A DNA stretch of 64,000 nt, from positions 107,818,001 to 107,882,000 of the forward strand of contig OX597821.1 of NCBI GenBank assembly GCA_951406725.2, in the 5' to 3' direction. The stretch is from Octopus vulgaris (lineage: Eukaryota). A program made the translations under genes and the position numbers. Positions within the stretch are counted from its first letter, which is position 1. Every line of letters begins with the position of its first letter. The notes beneath the pieces were generated by a model. It saw nothing but the letters and a program-made list of their open reading frames with translations, did not search any database and was not told the origin of the DNA. Shown piece by piece: positions 29,120 to 42,377 of the stretch.

Positions 29120-30256
29120 TATGATAATAATGGGAGTGGATATGTCAAAGGTATGAAATTACGTATATGATATGACAAGGGTCATATAAAGACCAAATCC
29201 ATTCACAGGCTTTGGCCGACCCGAGGCTATAGTAGAAGACACTTGCCCAAGGTGCCACGCCGTGGTACTGAACCAGGAACCATATATGTATATACATATT
29301 GAGTTTAATGTTGATGTCTTTTACTTGTCTCACTCATTCGACTACAGCCATGCTGGAGCACCACCCACAATGGTTTGGTCGAAAACTCGACCCGAGGTCT
29401 TAATCTTTTTTAATGCCTGCTACCTTTGCAGAGGTAAGTAGATAAATGATGAGAGTGAAGCTGGCAATATAGTAGGAACAATGATCATAATAGAAGTGGG
29501 TTTGTCATGGGGCGGAAACTACGTATATGACGAGAGTGATGATGGTCATATGAAGAGAAACTAAACCACAAAATAAACTAATCACGGGGTGATGACTATG
29601 GTTATGATATATGCGGTGTTTGGAAGAAGTGGAATAACTACATTTTAGAAGAAATTGTAATGAAGAGAAAACTAAAAATATTATAGAAAGTAGCAGAGAG
29701 ACTGGAAAGGTAAGTACGTTAATAATGAGAGTAGGGCTAGGAATAGGGACATAGCTAAGCCTATTGTAGAGAGTTGGGCTTGCAATGAGGAGATAACTGC
29801 GTCAATGACGAGATTTTAAAGGATAGGGGACTAAGATTATGGTGGAGCTTGGGGAAGTAAATGGGGAAGTAACTCCATCTATAATGAGTGTGAAACAAAC
29901 TAACATAGATGTAAGTACGTCTATGCAAGAGCAGAGCTAGCAATGTGGAGTTACTATGGCTGAAAAAGAGCTTAACACTATGGAGGAGGATGATGGCAAT
30001 GGGGAGGTAACTAAGGATATGTACAGAGTAAGGTTGGCAAGGGGGAGGTAATTATGTCTATATTGAGAGTAGAGCTAGTAATGAGAAGGTACTATGGGTA
30101 AAACAGGGGCTGGTATTGTTGAGGAAACTATGCCTCGTATGAGTGTTATGTCGGCAATGGGGAGGTAATTATGTTTATGATGGTGTGGGGATGGGGCGAA
30201 ATTGGAAATGGGGAAGTAACTTCGATTATGATAGAGAGCAGAGTTGCCATGGTAAT
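29120..30256. repeat. Decayed ~40-bp G/A-rich minisatellite (interrupted by SINE B pieces 29190-29400)
   Basis: Recurrent gagagtagagctggcaatggggaggtaactatg-like unit (e.g. ~29450, 29770, 29930, 29995, 30025, 30065, 30152). Confidence 0.65.
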
Positions 30257-30427
30257 TTCATGCATTATGTGTCGACCAAACAAATGTTCTTTGCCTGCAG
30301 CTTGAAATCATTTTCTATATATCAGGGAGAAAAATGTAAAAAAAAAAAAAATGTAAAAAAAAACAAAAACAAAAAGAAACAAAGCTAAACAAACGAACGA
30401 AAAGTCATAAAATATAATTGCATTAAC

Positions 30428-30788
30428 CATCATCATCATCATCATCATCTTCGTCGTCGTTGTCATCATCATCATAATCATTGGTATTATCCGTCATCGC
30501 CATTATCGTCGTCGTCGTCGTTGTCGCGGCCTTCATCGTCATCCCCCTCCGCCACCACCATCACCACCACCACCACCATCACCACCACCCCAACACCCCT
30601 CCCCCACCCATCCCCACCCCACCCCCACCACCGCCGCAGCAGCCACCACCACCACCAACGTCATCATCTTGATGGCCATTATCAAAGGTGCTACAATAAG
30701 TAATTTGCTTGTCATAATAATAATAATAATAATAATATTTTAGACTGTCATCACCGTCGTCGTCGTCATCATCACCATCACCACCACG

Positions 30789-30822
<34 letters not shown>

Positions 30823-30880
30823 CCACCACCATCATCATCATCACCACCACCATCATCATCATCATCATCATCACCACCAC

Positions 30881-30946
<66 letters not shown>

Positions 30947-31127
30947 TATCATCATGTTTTTACATGTATTTCGTGGTATTGCGATTATATTTCGGTTGCA
31001 ACTATTCCAACAATCAGTTCAGACTGGAAACATATGGTTAAGGAAATGATGTTATTGCGGCTAGTACAACGGTGGACGACGACGACGGTGGTGATGATGA
31101 TGATGATGAGGAGGAGGAGGAGGATGG

Positions 31128-31168
<41 letters not shown>

Positions 31169-31353
31169 GTGACGATGATGATGATGATGGTGGTGGTGGT
31201 GGTTGTAATGGCGGTGATGGTGATGATGATGATGGTGGTGGTGCTGGTGATGGTGGTGGTGATGATGATGATGGTGGTGGTGATAATGGTGGTGTTGGTG
31301 CTGCTACTGATGGTGGGGATGATGATGATGATGATGCATCATGATGGTGGTGA

Positions 31354-31387
<34 letters not shown>

Positions 31388-32012
31388 GATGGTGATGATG
31401 ATGTTGGTGGTGGTGGTGGTCTTGATGATGATGATGACGATGATGATGGTGGTGGTGGTGGTGGTGATGGTGATGATGATGATGGTGGTGGTGGTGGTGG
31501 TGGTGGTCTTGATGGTGATAATGATGGTTTTGGTGGTGGTGGTGATGGTGGTGGTTATGATGAGGATGATGGTGATGGTGGTGATAATGGTGGTGGTGCT
31601 GCTGCTACTGATGGTGGTGATGGTGATGATGATGGTGGTGGTGGTGGTGGTGATAATGGTGGTGATGGTGCTGCTACTGATGGTGGTGATGGCGGTGCGT
31701 GTGGTGGTGGTGGTGGTGGTGGTGGTGGCGATGATGATGATGATGAAGTAGCAGAAAACAGCAATGGTCGCAGTCGGGCATAATAATGGTAATGCCAGTG
31801 ATGATGATGATGACGACGACGACGATGATGACCTTGATGATCTTGATGATGATGATGATGATGATTATGATTAAAACGATAATGAGGAAGCTAATAAAAT
31901 ATATCATCATCATCATCATCATCATCATCAACGATGCTGTTGTCGACGTTCTTGACGCTTTGTAATCACTATTATTATTAATACCTTGTGCCATAATTTG
32001 AATCAATGATTA

Positions 32013-32091
<79 letters not shown>

Positions 32092-32174
32092 CATTATCAT
32101 CATCATTATTATTATCATTATTGTCATTATTATTATCATAATTATTATTATCATCATCATCATCATCAAATTAC

Positions 32175-32217
<43 letters not shown>

Positions 32218-32220
32218 TCC
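30428..32220. repeat. Compound trinucleotide arrays (CAT/CAC)n, (GAT/GGT)n, (ATT)n
   Basis: Direct inspection; source of poly-M/V/D/G/I ORFs. Confidence 0.92.
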
Positions 32221-32818
32221 ATCATCGTTATTAGCATTTATTAACACCGTCGCATGCGTCGTCATACCATAATTATCCCCGTGGAAGCGATAGACGACGG
32301 TGCACGAAGCCACGTATGTACACCAGAGATGCATGTATGGCTGCAGGACGTACACAACAACCCCCATCACCACCATCACCACCGCCACAACCGCACCCAC
32401 CCACCTCGTCCCATCACACCACATACATTTATACACATGGACACACATTGACATACACAGGTGCACTTTTATGCAAACACAGACACTCGCTTGTGCACGC
32501 ATGCACAAGTACATGCGTTGAAATAGATATAGGAAGGTAACGTATGCAAAGAAAATTAGAGCTTACGGCGGCAAAACAGACATAACTGCGTATTGCCAGC
32601 GCTTTGTGATACGTACAAGCTTAACGATTTGATATTTAGATTGATAGATAGAGAGATAGTAAGGATGGACGGGTGGATATAGTCGATATAGAGATAGATT
32701 TAGAGAGAGATGAGGTGTGAGGGAAGGAGAGAAAGGGGAGAAGGAGGAGGAAGGGACAGATATATGGAAAGAGAACGTAAGAAGGAAGGACAAAGATGGA
32801 GAAATTGGCAGAAGCGGG

Positions 32819-32959
<141 letters not shown>

Positions 32960-33089
32960 ATATATATATACACACATATATATGTAATATATATATATAT
33001 ACATATATAAGTATATATACATGCATATATCCCCACACATGCACGCATGCATGCACGCATATATACACGTACATACATATGCGCGCGCA

Positions 33090-33280
33090 CGAGTGTGGTT
33101 AAAAAGTATAGATACCAAAAGACAGAGACAGGTGAGGAAACAACAAGCAGGTGTTTGACATTCGGGAAAAAATGGAAAAGTCTTTGAGGTTTCAAGCCTA
33201 CGCCCTTCAACAGAAAGGGATGAGGGAAAAAGAATATTGGAGAGAGGAGAAAACGGAGAAAAGAAAAATTGTGCACCCCA
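33090..33280 (-). mobile_element. ~190-bp solo pLTR-like family D, diverged copy; hammerhead-like motif 33182-33217
   Basis: Minus: CUUU-CUGUUGA-A-GGGC(guag)GCUU-GAAA-CC-UC-AAAG. Confidence 0.65.
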
Positions 33281-33494
33281 CACACACATATATACATAGA
33301 TGCCTAAACGCACACATTTAATGAAAAACTGATAAAGAGAAACTCAGTCATGTCGCTAAGTGGCCTTTGTAATTACAAGGTTCGAAATTCCAAGTTCAAT
33401 CCCATTGCGCGCTCTCTTTGACGCGGGGTTTTCTCCAAAAGACTCCAGTTGGCCAATATGATTTGAATAAAATTTGGTAGGCGGAAACATATCA

Positions 33495-33703
33495 ATCTCG
33501 GTTGTCAAGTGCTATTGGGGAACAAACACCGACACACAAGCACACGACCACACATATATATATATGTACGACCGGTTTCTTGCAGTTTCCGTCTATCTAA
33601 TCCACTCACAAGGCTTTGGTCGGCCCGAGGCTATAGCAGTGGGACTGAACCTGGAACCATTTGGCTGGTAAGCAAGCTTCTTACCACACAGCCACTCCTG
33701 CGC
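33495..33703 (-). mobile_element. SINE family B (internally deleted)
   Basis: ...cttaccacacagccactcctgcgcc head; aatccactcacaaggctttggtcggcccgaggc. Confidence 0.8.
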
Positions 33704-33799
33704 CTAGTTTATTACTCGAAAATTAACCTGTGTAAGTTAAACTATGGTAGAATGTTCGCGAAAGAAACCTAGATGTTTATTCCAATAAATACATTTACG

Positions 33800-33917
33800 G
33801 CATAATTTTTTCCTGGGACCCTACTGTGGGACCCAAATTACTACTTTGCTTGTATGGAACCCCAAAAATCTTATAAGGACCCCAAGGTGCCATAAAGAAC
33901 CCGGTTGAGCACCACTG
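33800..33917. mobile_element. hAT-like element end
   Basis: Multiple ggaccc subterminal motifs ending ggttgagcaccactg (reverse complement CAGTGGTGCTCAACC). Confidence 0.55.
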
Positions 33918-34776
33918 ACCGAGACAGAGATTCAAAGATAATGCCGAAAGAAGCATGAATGTAAAAGTAAAACGATCATAATAAATGACAAACTCAAGGG
34001 GAAAACCGACCAGTATGGAGAGACATTATTATTAAGTCATGTGAAATTCTTGAACAGTCGTAGTCGCAACCACTGACTGTGGGTAGATAGAGTTTCCTAA
34101 GATATATTTCTTCTGCCTTTGGAAATTTGACAATATTTCTCAGATAGTTTACTTTACCTAACTTTTCAGTTGGAAAAAACTTCATTTCCACATTTTTTCT
34201 GGTCACTTATCTGATTACTTGCAAAGACTAAAGCAGAAATCTCTTGAAATTTTTTCCAGATGCCATAATAGAACTAATTTTGGTGGCTGTAAGGAAAAGT
34301 ATGCCTTTGGCTGTAGTTACTAATCTGGAAATGTTGTTGTTCAGGCTGGAATAACTGACCTTAACTTTGTGTATGTTGAAAAGGTTATACTTTTGAATGT
34401 AGATATAAAACGATCTCATTAGAGTTAAACGTAGGCTGTCAGTGTAATATTCTTTTCCTGACTCTGTTATTCTCTGCGATACTTTGTTGCCATTTCCGTA
34501 TCTTTTACCTTTTACTTCTATCAATCATTGGTTTGTGGCCACGCTGGGGCAACGCCTTGAGCTGTTTAGTCGAATCAAATTCATTACTTATTTTATATGT
34601 CTGGTACTTATTCTATTGGTCTCTAATGCCGTACCGCAAAGTAACGGGAACGTGAACAAACACAGACACAAAGACACACTCACATGTATATACCTACGCC
34701 AGGCTTCCATACAGTTTCCATACTGTCCCAAAATCATTCACAAAAATACATACACGCAGTCATATACATACGTGCA

Positions 34777-34822
<46 letters not shown>

Positions 34823-34930
34823 CGTTTTTATTTCTCTTTCCATTTCAGAATTACAACCATTAGTGGTTTGGAGTTTAACTGCTCTTTTTCTAGTGAGTCG
34901 GATGTCCTATTATGGTCATCCCTTATATGT

Positions 34931-34979
<49 letters not shown>

Positions 34980-34990
34980 ATATATATAGT

Positions 34991-35030
<40 letters not shown>

Positions 35031-35031
35031 G

Positions 35032-35177
35032 ATCGCAAATAAGAAAAAGGAGGAGAACAATAGGTGGTTCATCAACTTTTGGTCATTAAAATGTTAACTA
35101 ATATATTTTAGTTAACATTTTAATGTCCAAAAGTTGATGAACCACTTATTGTTCTCCTCCATTTTCTTATTTGCGAT
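35032..35177. other. Fold-back hairpin, ~70-bp arms, next to (TA)n
   Basis: atcgcaaataagaaaa...atgttaactaa / ttagttaacat...ttttcttatttgcgat, 3 mismatches. Confidence 0.9.
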
Positions 35178-35403
35178 ATAAATTAATGGTAAAATATCTC
35201 TTTACCTTCACCCTTTTAGTACACTAGGTAATGTAATGGCAATGCAATAAAAAACACTTATGTATTAATAATTGGGTATACTACCGGCAGTATATTGGAT
35301 AGATATTATCCCTTAGTGGGTTGGATTCACAATCCCTAACTTTCTTCGAGTATATATATATATATATATATATATACAGACACATATATATGTATATACA
35401 TAA

Positions 35404-35442
<39 letters not shown>

Positions 35443-35714
35443 CATATACATGTATATACATATACATTTATAGACATACACACATGCACACACACACACA
35501 CACATATTTGTAGGTATGCACGTATGTATGCGTATAGATTTATATTATCCACGTATATGTCTGTGTGTGTGCTTATTTGTATTTATCAATTTCTCAATCT
35601 TTACGACTTATTTATCTATCAGCAGATGTAGATAGATCGATAGATAGATCGATTGATTGATAAATGGACTGACCGACAGACAGACATACAGAGACATGCA
35701 GAAAGTAAACAGAT

Positions 35715-35890
35715 ACCTTTAATTTTCAAACTCTTTTATTTGATATTAATTGGTTGAAGGAGAGGTTTTCTTCTAGCTGCTCGTCCGTATTAGCCAAGCA
35801 CATGCAGATATGTAACACACGTTCTTGGATTAACTTCTATCTGTTTTGCAATGTCAGAAGCCTTCAAATGGGGTTCGTTTTCCTCAATTT
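35715..35890 (-). mobile_element. Tc1-like transposase fragment (HTH/NLS region)
   Basis: Minus translation EPHLKASDIAKQIEVNPRTCVTYLHVLG*YGRAARRKPLLQPINIK, typical Tc1 GxxxRxARxKPLL. Confidence 0.75.
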
Positions 35891-36158
35891 ATATATATAT
35901 AACTCTTATTCAACCGCTTTAATTCCTAATACCGTTTCTATTCCGTGTAAGTCGGACCTTTTAATATGTAAACATATGTGCATTTTTTGTATTAAATGTA
36001 TATCACATCTTTTGTATATTGACATGCCTAACTTGCTTGTCCTTACATTTACACTTTTACCTGCTCAAATTTAAGTCTCTTGAGCTATACGAAGTGTATT
36101 CTATACAGAGAATACCTGTCTCTAATCTATAAACTATCTATCTATCTATCTATCTATC

Positions 36159-36228
36159 TTTTATTTCTTCCCCCAAATCTGTAATCTGTCCCGTCTGTGT
36201 GCAGCCCTGTGTGGCTAATAAAGTAACA

Positions 36229-36230
<2 letters not shown>
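36159..36230 (+). mobile_element. Extreme 3' end of the Tx1-type LINE in (TCTA)n
   Basis: ctgtgtgcagccctgtgtggctaataaag matches ~40115-40143. Confidence 0.8.
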
Positions 36231-36325
<95 letters not shown>

Positions 36326-36330
36326 GTCTG

Positions 36331-36414
<84 letters not shown>

Positions 36415-36431
36415 GCTATCTTGCGTTTTTG

Positions 36432-36860
36432 TTCCATATATATATGGAAAATCATGGAGGGTCTTGTCCCAAATTTTGGCATTGAAAGTTACCTCAACAG
36501 TAGAACGGGATGCCACTGCATGGTGCCAAAAAATCCCAACATCACCATCAAAATACAGGACCAGATACTGCAACACCTTGGGTTTCAGGAGACCACAGCT
36601 CTTCAATATCTTCCCTAAATGCCTAACAGACCTGCATGGTGTGGATGTGGGTTTCTTTAAAACTAAACTGGATCTCTTCTTGTCAGGGGTTCCAGATGAA
36701 CCTACCTCTCGGCAGGAAACAAAGATGCGGGCAACGGTGTCGAACTCCCTTGTTGACCAAGTGCCACATTTCAGAGGTGCTTTCACATACTAGTGTAGCT
36801 CATTCAACGATGGTGCCCCAGCATGGCCGCAGCTTTCGGGCTGAAACATTTTAAAGGATT
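36432..36860 (+). mobile_element. CR1-group LINE 3' end (ORF2 C-terminus + 3' UTR)
   Basis: [13 protein letters not shown]...(frameshift)...PQLFNIFP...FFKTKLDLFLSGVPDEP...SNSLVDQ; tail ggtgccccagcatggccgcagc...gctgaaac. Confidence 0.85.
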
Positions 36861-36865
36861 TAAGG

Positions 36866-36904
<39 letters not shown>

Positions 36905-36907
<3 letters not shown>

Positions 36908-37075
36908 AACAAAAACGCAACATAGGGCATTAAAACGTTCGGACAGATAGACGACACAAAGGTGGACAAGAGAAACAACAATTAGAAGGACAGGCAAAAA
37001 AAAAAGATGAGTCATTCTTGGCTTTCTTTCATCAATCAAGTGCCAGAAGTCACGACCATTTCGGGCAGTTAAGGA
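36905..37075 (-). mobile_element. pLTR-like repeat family in (TA)n (second copy 44845-44975)
   Basis: Shared ggaacaaaaa.gcaa...gagaaacaacaattagaaggacaggcaaa...gtcattctt...gaagtcac.accatttcggg.agtta. Confidence 0.65.
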
Positions 37076-37466
37076 CACAGCATTATGTTATTGCGTTTTG
37101 CAACATCAATATACTAGCAAGTGCATTGAATATTTACAAGTCAATATTGTCGTCTACTGTTGTGTTGCAGTGCGAAATTTTCAATTTGAGGTTTATAGAC
37201 TTTCCATAAAATTCAGAGTCACATGTGCGTGCGTTGTGTGTATGTGTGTATAGGCTGGTAGGTCAGTGATTAGGACGTTGCATTTGTGATCATAAGATTG
37301 TGCTTTCGATTCCTGGACCGGATGATGCATTAATTTGTTTTTAGCAAAACACTTCATTTCACGTTGCTACAGCGCACTCAGGAGAAGGTCATGAATACAT
37401 ACGCCATACAATGCTGGAAACTGACTTTATGAGTCTATAGCTCAAAAGAAGGACAACTGAACTTCT

Positions 37467-37524
<58 letters not shown>

Positions 37525-37598
37525 TATCATATATACACACATATATATATATGTATATATATGTATGTCTATATATATATTAAATGATTGATACGGAT

Positions 37599-37653
<55 letters not shown>

Positions 37654-37758
37654 TATCATATATATACACACATATATATATATGTATATATATGTATGTC
37701 TATATATATATTAAATGATTGATACGGAAAGCAGAGTGTAACTTGAAGCTTTACTTAG

Positions 37759-37860
37759 CACAACAATCGTTTCGACTTCCTTCTGCACTGCTCCCTAGTG
37801 GTTTTGGAACGATGTAATGACAGCAGATGCATCACACAGTACAAGGAGCCTCATCAGGTG
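37759..37860 (-). ncRNA. Type I hammerhead ribozyme with canonical core and extended stem II
   Basis: CAC-CUGAUGA-GGCUCCUU...AAGGAAGUC-GAAA-CGAUUG-UU-GUG. Confidence 0.7.
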
Positions 37861-38037
37861 ACGTAAGATGCTTCTACAGTTATAAGATTTACGTTTCGTT
37901 TTCGTTCCAAATTATATGCTGGTGGAATGTTGGTAGTAGTTCACACACACACACACACACACATGATGCAAAAACGTGTGTATATATATATATAGATAAG
38001 ACACACTTTCTATCAGTCTGTTCATGCATGTCGATAC

Positions 38038-38077
<40 letters not shown>

Positions 38078-38239
38078 ATCGCCAAGCTAACACGGCAGTA
38101 CAGGAATATAGGATGAATGCAGTCGTTGATTAACTCAAAGAGGCCATCGCCTCTAGCTAGCAATGTGACACACAAGCCAGTATCCATTATAAACATCGAA
38201 TAGGGGAGGTCAGCAGCTTCCCCTTGCTGGTTCCACACC

Positions 38240-38278
38240 CACAGACTAGTTTCAGGATAGTTTCCCCTCCTCAATATG
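38240..38278 (-). ncRNA. Minimal hammerhead-like motif (U3) in pLTR remnant; inverted partial copy 38359-38376
   Basis: CAUA-UUGAGGA-GGG(gaaacuau)CCU-GAAA-CUAG-UC-UGUG. Confidence 0.55.
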
Positions 38279-38499
38279 GAGTAACCGAACACGGCAGGCG
38301 TCGCTTCTGACTGTCTGTTCGAAGGTTTCTTTATATATATATTCAGTGGAACACATACCCCGAAACTAGTCTGTGGTCGATTTGTTCCACTAAAAGCGGT
38401 ACTCCAGTATGGCCGTAGTCAAATGACTGAAAATATCTATCTGTATGTATATATGCATGTACTAGACCGTGCTGAAATGGTCATAGATTAAACTTTCTC

Positions 38500-38615
38500 G
38501 CGAAAGGCTTGGCTGGAGAACTAACCTTTCGTGTTCTTTTACAGGGTTTAGAGAAACTGAAGGACTTCTACAATAAGTGTGTGAATCGAAGAGAAAAATA
38601 TGTTAAACATCATAA
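38500..38615 (+). mobile_element. mariner transposase C-terminal relic
   Basis: LLQGLEKLKDFYNKCVNRREKYVK resembles the mariner GIxKLxxRWxKCVxxxGxYVE terminus. Confidence 0.55.
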
Positions 38616-38728
38616 TTCACTGAAATACTTCATAATTCTCCTCCACTTTTTATATATATTTTCTACATATTTTCAACTGATAATTTCGCCACGTGGTGTG
38701 TACTGGAAATCCGGTATTTTTGCTCTTT

Positions 38729-38808
<80 letters not shown>

Positions 38809-38822
38809 TATACCTACATACC

Positions 38823-38867
<45 letters not shown>

Positions 38868-38889
38868 ACCTACCTATCTCTCTCTATCT

Positions 38890-40147
38890 GCCGTTTGTGA
38901 GGCACGCTTTCCCGCAGCTCGTCTCCATGACCGAATTGCAGTCGTGGATCAAAAAGAGGCCGAGGAAGGGCGATTGGCACCGCGAGTGTCGCGTTGCTCT
39001 CAAGCAACTCTGCCGTCCCGGGTCGACCTTGAGTGACTTCAACACAACCAAAGCATTCTATAGGGGATTAGTGGAGGGGAGTTACGACGACGAGCTCGGG
39101 ACGAACCTGGACGTCGACGAGGAGTACCTGACCCGCCTGTTCAGGACGACTTTCGGGCCAGGGCCCATGGACAACTTCCAGAGATCCCTGGCCTGGCAGT
39201 GCTACCGAGAAGCGCTACCCGTTCGGGATAAGCTCTACAGACACGGCTCGAGAAACACGGGGCCGACCTGCCCGAGATGCGGTCAGAGCGACGAAACCGT
39301 TCTGCACGCACTCGTGCAGTGTCCAACAGTTTTCGACCTGTGGGCTTATGTCGAACAACTGCTGTCATGTGTGGGACGAGTCGGTTTATCAGCTGAGTCT
39401 ATCGTCAATATTGTCACGCCTCCTTCCTTCAAACGGGAAGGAAGAGCTATTTTCATCATCCTTGTGGCTATGGCGAAAGAATGTATCTGGTGGACGCGTC
39501 TGAAAGGATTGGAGACAAACACTTTCCTCTCTGGTCAATCTCTCATCAACTTCTTCAAGTACCACTTGAAAAGGAAAGTGAGAGTAGAGAGGCAAGTTTT
39601 GTCTAGAGAATGTTTTAAAAAAAGATGGGTGAATGTAGCAAGGATGGCACGTATGAATGACGAAGCCACCTTGAGCATAATCCTATGAACCCAGGAATTG
39701 AAAACAGAGGGTTACCCACTTGCAAACAAATGTGGTAACATATAACAATATTGACCAAGGTTACCGTGGTCTTTTTCGTAGGCTTTTCTTCCCACGGATA
39801 AACCTTACTTGCTTTCCCCTTTACACCATATATCATAACACTGTGATACACGATCCCTATTGATCGTTCTTTTTTTTCCTCTTCCCTTTTTTCCCCTTTT
39901 TTCTTCTTTTTTCATTTCTCTTTCCTTTTGTTCCTTTTCCTTTTCTTTTTTTTCTTTTTATTCTTTTTATTTTATTCATTTTTTTTTGTTTTTTTCTTTT
40001 GTTCCCTTTTACGATCCCTCTTGATCGAAAACCTACGCCACCCCCTTTTTTTTCTTTTGTTTTTTGTTCTCTTCATCCCCCAAAAGAAAAGCTCTACCTT
40101 GTAACTTGTCCCATCTGTGTGCAGCCCTGTGTGGCCAATAAAGAAAC

Positions 40148-40150
<3 letters not shown>
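38890..40150 (+). mobile_element. L1/Tx1-type LINE 3' fragment (ORF2 C-terminus with CCHC zinc knuckle to stop at 39688, T-rich 3' UTR, AATAAA)
   Basis: SLAWQCYREALPVRDKL...CPRCGQSDETVLHALVQCP...AKECIWWTR in an uninterrupted frame; flanked by (CTAT)n on both sides. Confidence 0.9.
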
Positions 40151-40203
<53 letters not shown>

Positions 40204-40547
40204 ATCTATATATGTATATATATACATATATACATACACAAATACGTATATGCATATATATAGATATATATGTACATATACATATACATACATATATCGA
40301 AATATACATATATACATATATTTATGTATATACATGTATATGTGAAAATATACACATATACATAAATACACACACATGTATATGTGTATTAATATGAAAA
40401 TATTTATATAATATATATATGTACTGACTTCATCTTCATTCCATCCATTTATGTAAATATGTATGCCTCAATCCATGTATCTGATAATCTGTCTATGTAT
40501 TTACAAGAATATGTGTGCATGTGAGTGTATATATATATATATATATA

Positions 40548-40748
40548 ACGGGAAGGTTTATGAAAATAAACAAAAGACGAAGGCAGGTGGAGTACAAACA
40601 AATAATGTATTAGTATGGCGCTCAGGAATAGAAATAAAACAAGTCTTTTACGTTTCGAGCCTACGCTCTTCGACAGAAGGATACACAGAAAAGAAACAAG
40701 GAGAGAAAAAAATTGCGTGTAGGGGCTAACGATTCAACAAGGCGTTCT
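40548..40748 (-). mobile_element. Family D copy; hammerhead-like motif 40645-40680
   Basis: Minus: CCUU-CUGUCGA-A-GAGC(guag)GCUC-GAAA-CG-UA-AAAG; (TA)n flanks. Confidence 0.75.
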
Positions 40749-40749
40749 G

Positions 40750-40783
<34 letters not shown>

Positions 40784-41165
40784 TACATACATACGTGTGT
40801 AACACTTGTAATATCTTCATAAATGGAATTAAACAGACACAAGCAAATTCTTAATTTCTCTTATACTCGCACATACACTCACACACACATACACTCACAC
40901 ACACATACACACATACACACACACATATATATATATATATAAACACACACACGTAAATGAATGTGATATATTGAAAGAGACATGCATGCAAATTTAGCTT
41001 GATACCTACTTACCTGCCAACCTACTTACATCATACAAATTCAAACATACACGCTCACATACAATCACTCACACACGCTCATATATGTTAAAGTATATGC
41101 GTAAATGTGTGTGTGTGTGTGTATTCATATATAAATATGAATACACACATATATTTACGTGTAAA

Positions 41166-41207
<42 letters not shown>

Positions 41208-41211
<4 letters not shown>

Positions 41212-41391
41212 AGAGTTTACGAAAAAAAAAAACAAAAGACGAAAACAGTTGGTGTACAAAACAAACAGATGTATTAATATAACGGTCAGGAATAGAAAAA
41301 TATATCTTACGTTTCGTTCCTACGCTCTTCTACAGAAAGGTACACAGAAAAAAACAAGGAAAGAAAAATATGTATGTAGTGGCTAACGATA
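41208..41391 (-). mobile_element. Family D copy; hammerhead-like motif 41306-41338
   Basis: Minus: CUUU-CUGUAGA-A-GAGC(guag)GAAC-GAAA-CG-UA. Confidence 0.72.
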
Positions 41392-41396
41392 TAGAG

Positions 41397-41460
<64 letters not shown>

Positions 41461-41463
<3 letters not shown>

Positions 41464-41688
41464 AGCAGGAGTGGCTTTGTGGTCAGTAGCTTGCTTACCA
41501 GCCACATGGTTCATATTTTCAGTCCCACTGCGTGGCACCTTGAGCAGTCTTCTACTATAGCCTCGGGCCTACCAAATAAGTCTGTGAATCTGAGAGAAGA
41601 ATATGATCAGTAACATCATAATTCACTGATACACCTGTATTTTAGGTACTATTCAACAACCCCCGAACGGAAACTGAAGGAAGCCCGT

Positions 41689-41736
<48 letters not shown>

Positions 41737-42045
41737 TAGGAGCAGGAGTGGCTTTGTGGTCAGTAGCTTGCTTACCAGCCACATGGTTCCGGGTTCAGTC
41801 CAACTGCGTGGCACCTTGAGCAAGTGTCTTCTACTATAGACTCAGGCCTACAAAATAAGTCTGTGAATCTGAGAGAAGAATATGATCAGTAACATCATAA
41901 TTCACTGATACATCTATATTTTAGGTACTATTCAACAACCCCCGGACGGAAACTGAAGGAAGCCCGTCGTGTATATATGTATATATATATGTATGTATGT
42001 ATGTATATATATGTATGTCTATGTATATATGTATGTATGTATGTC

Positions 42046-42081
<36 letters not shown>

Positions 42082-42320
42082 TGTATGTATGTATGTATGT
42101 ATGTATATGTGTATGCATCTGCGTTCGTCCCTCCACCATCGCTTAACAACCAAAGTTGTTGCGTTTACGTCCCCGTAACTTAGACGTTCGGCAAAGGCGA
42201 TCGATAGAATATGTACTAGGCTTACAAAGAATAAGTCCTGATTTACATTTGCTCGACTAAAGGCGGTGCTGCAGAATGGCCTCAGCCAAAATGACTGAAT
42301 CATATGAAAGAATAAAAGAA
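41461..42320 (+). mobile_element. SINE family B with tandemly duplicated 5' half (41461-41690, 41738-41970) and single 3' half (42125-42320)
   Basis: Both heads carry the same ~90-bp insert aaataagtctgtgaatctgagag...caacaaccccc. Confidence 0.85.
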
Positions 42321-42346
42321 AGAAGATACACATATATACATATATT

Positions 42347-42377
<31 letters not shown>

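Noticed and set aside
31034-31783. Long Gly/Asp- or Met/Val-rich ORFs
   Set aside because: Pure GAT/GGT microsatellite read-through, open in several frames.
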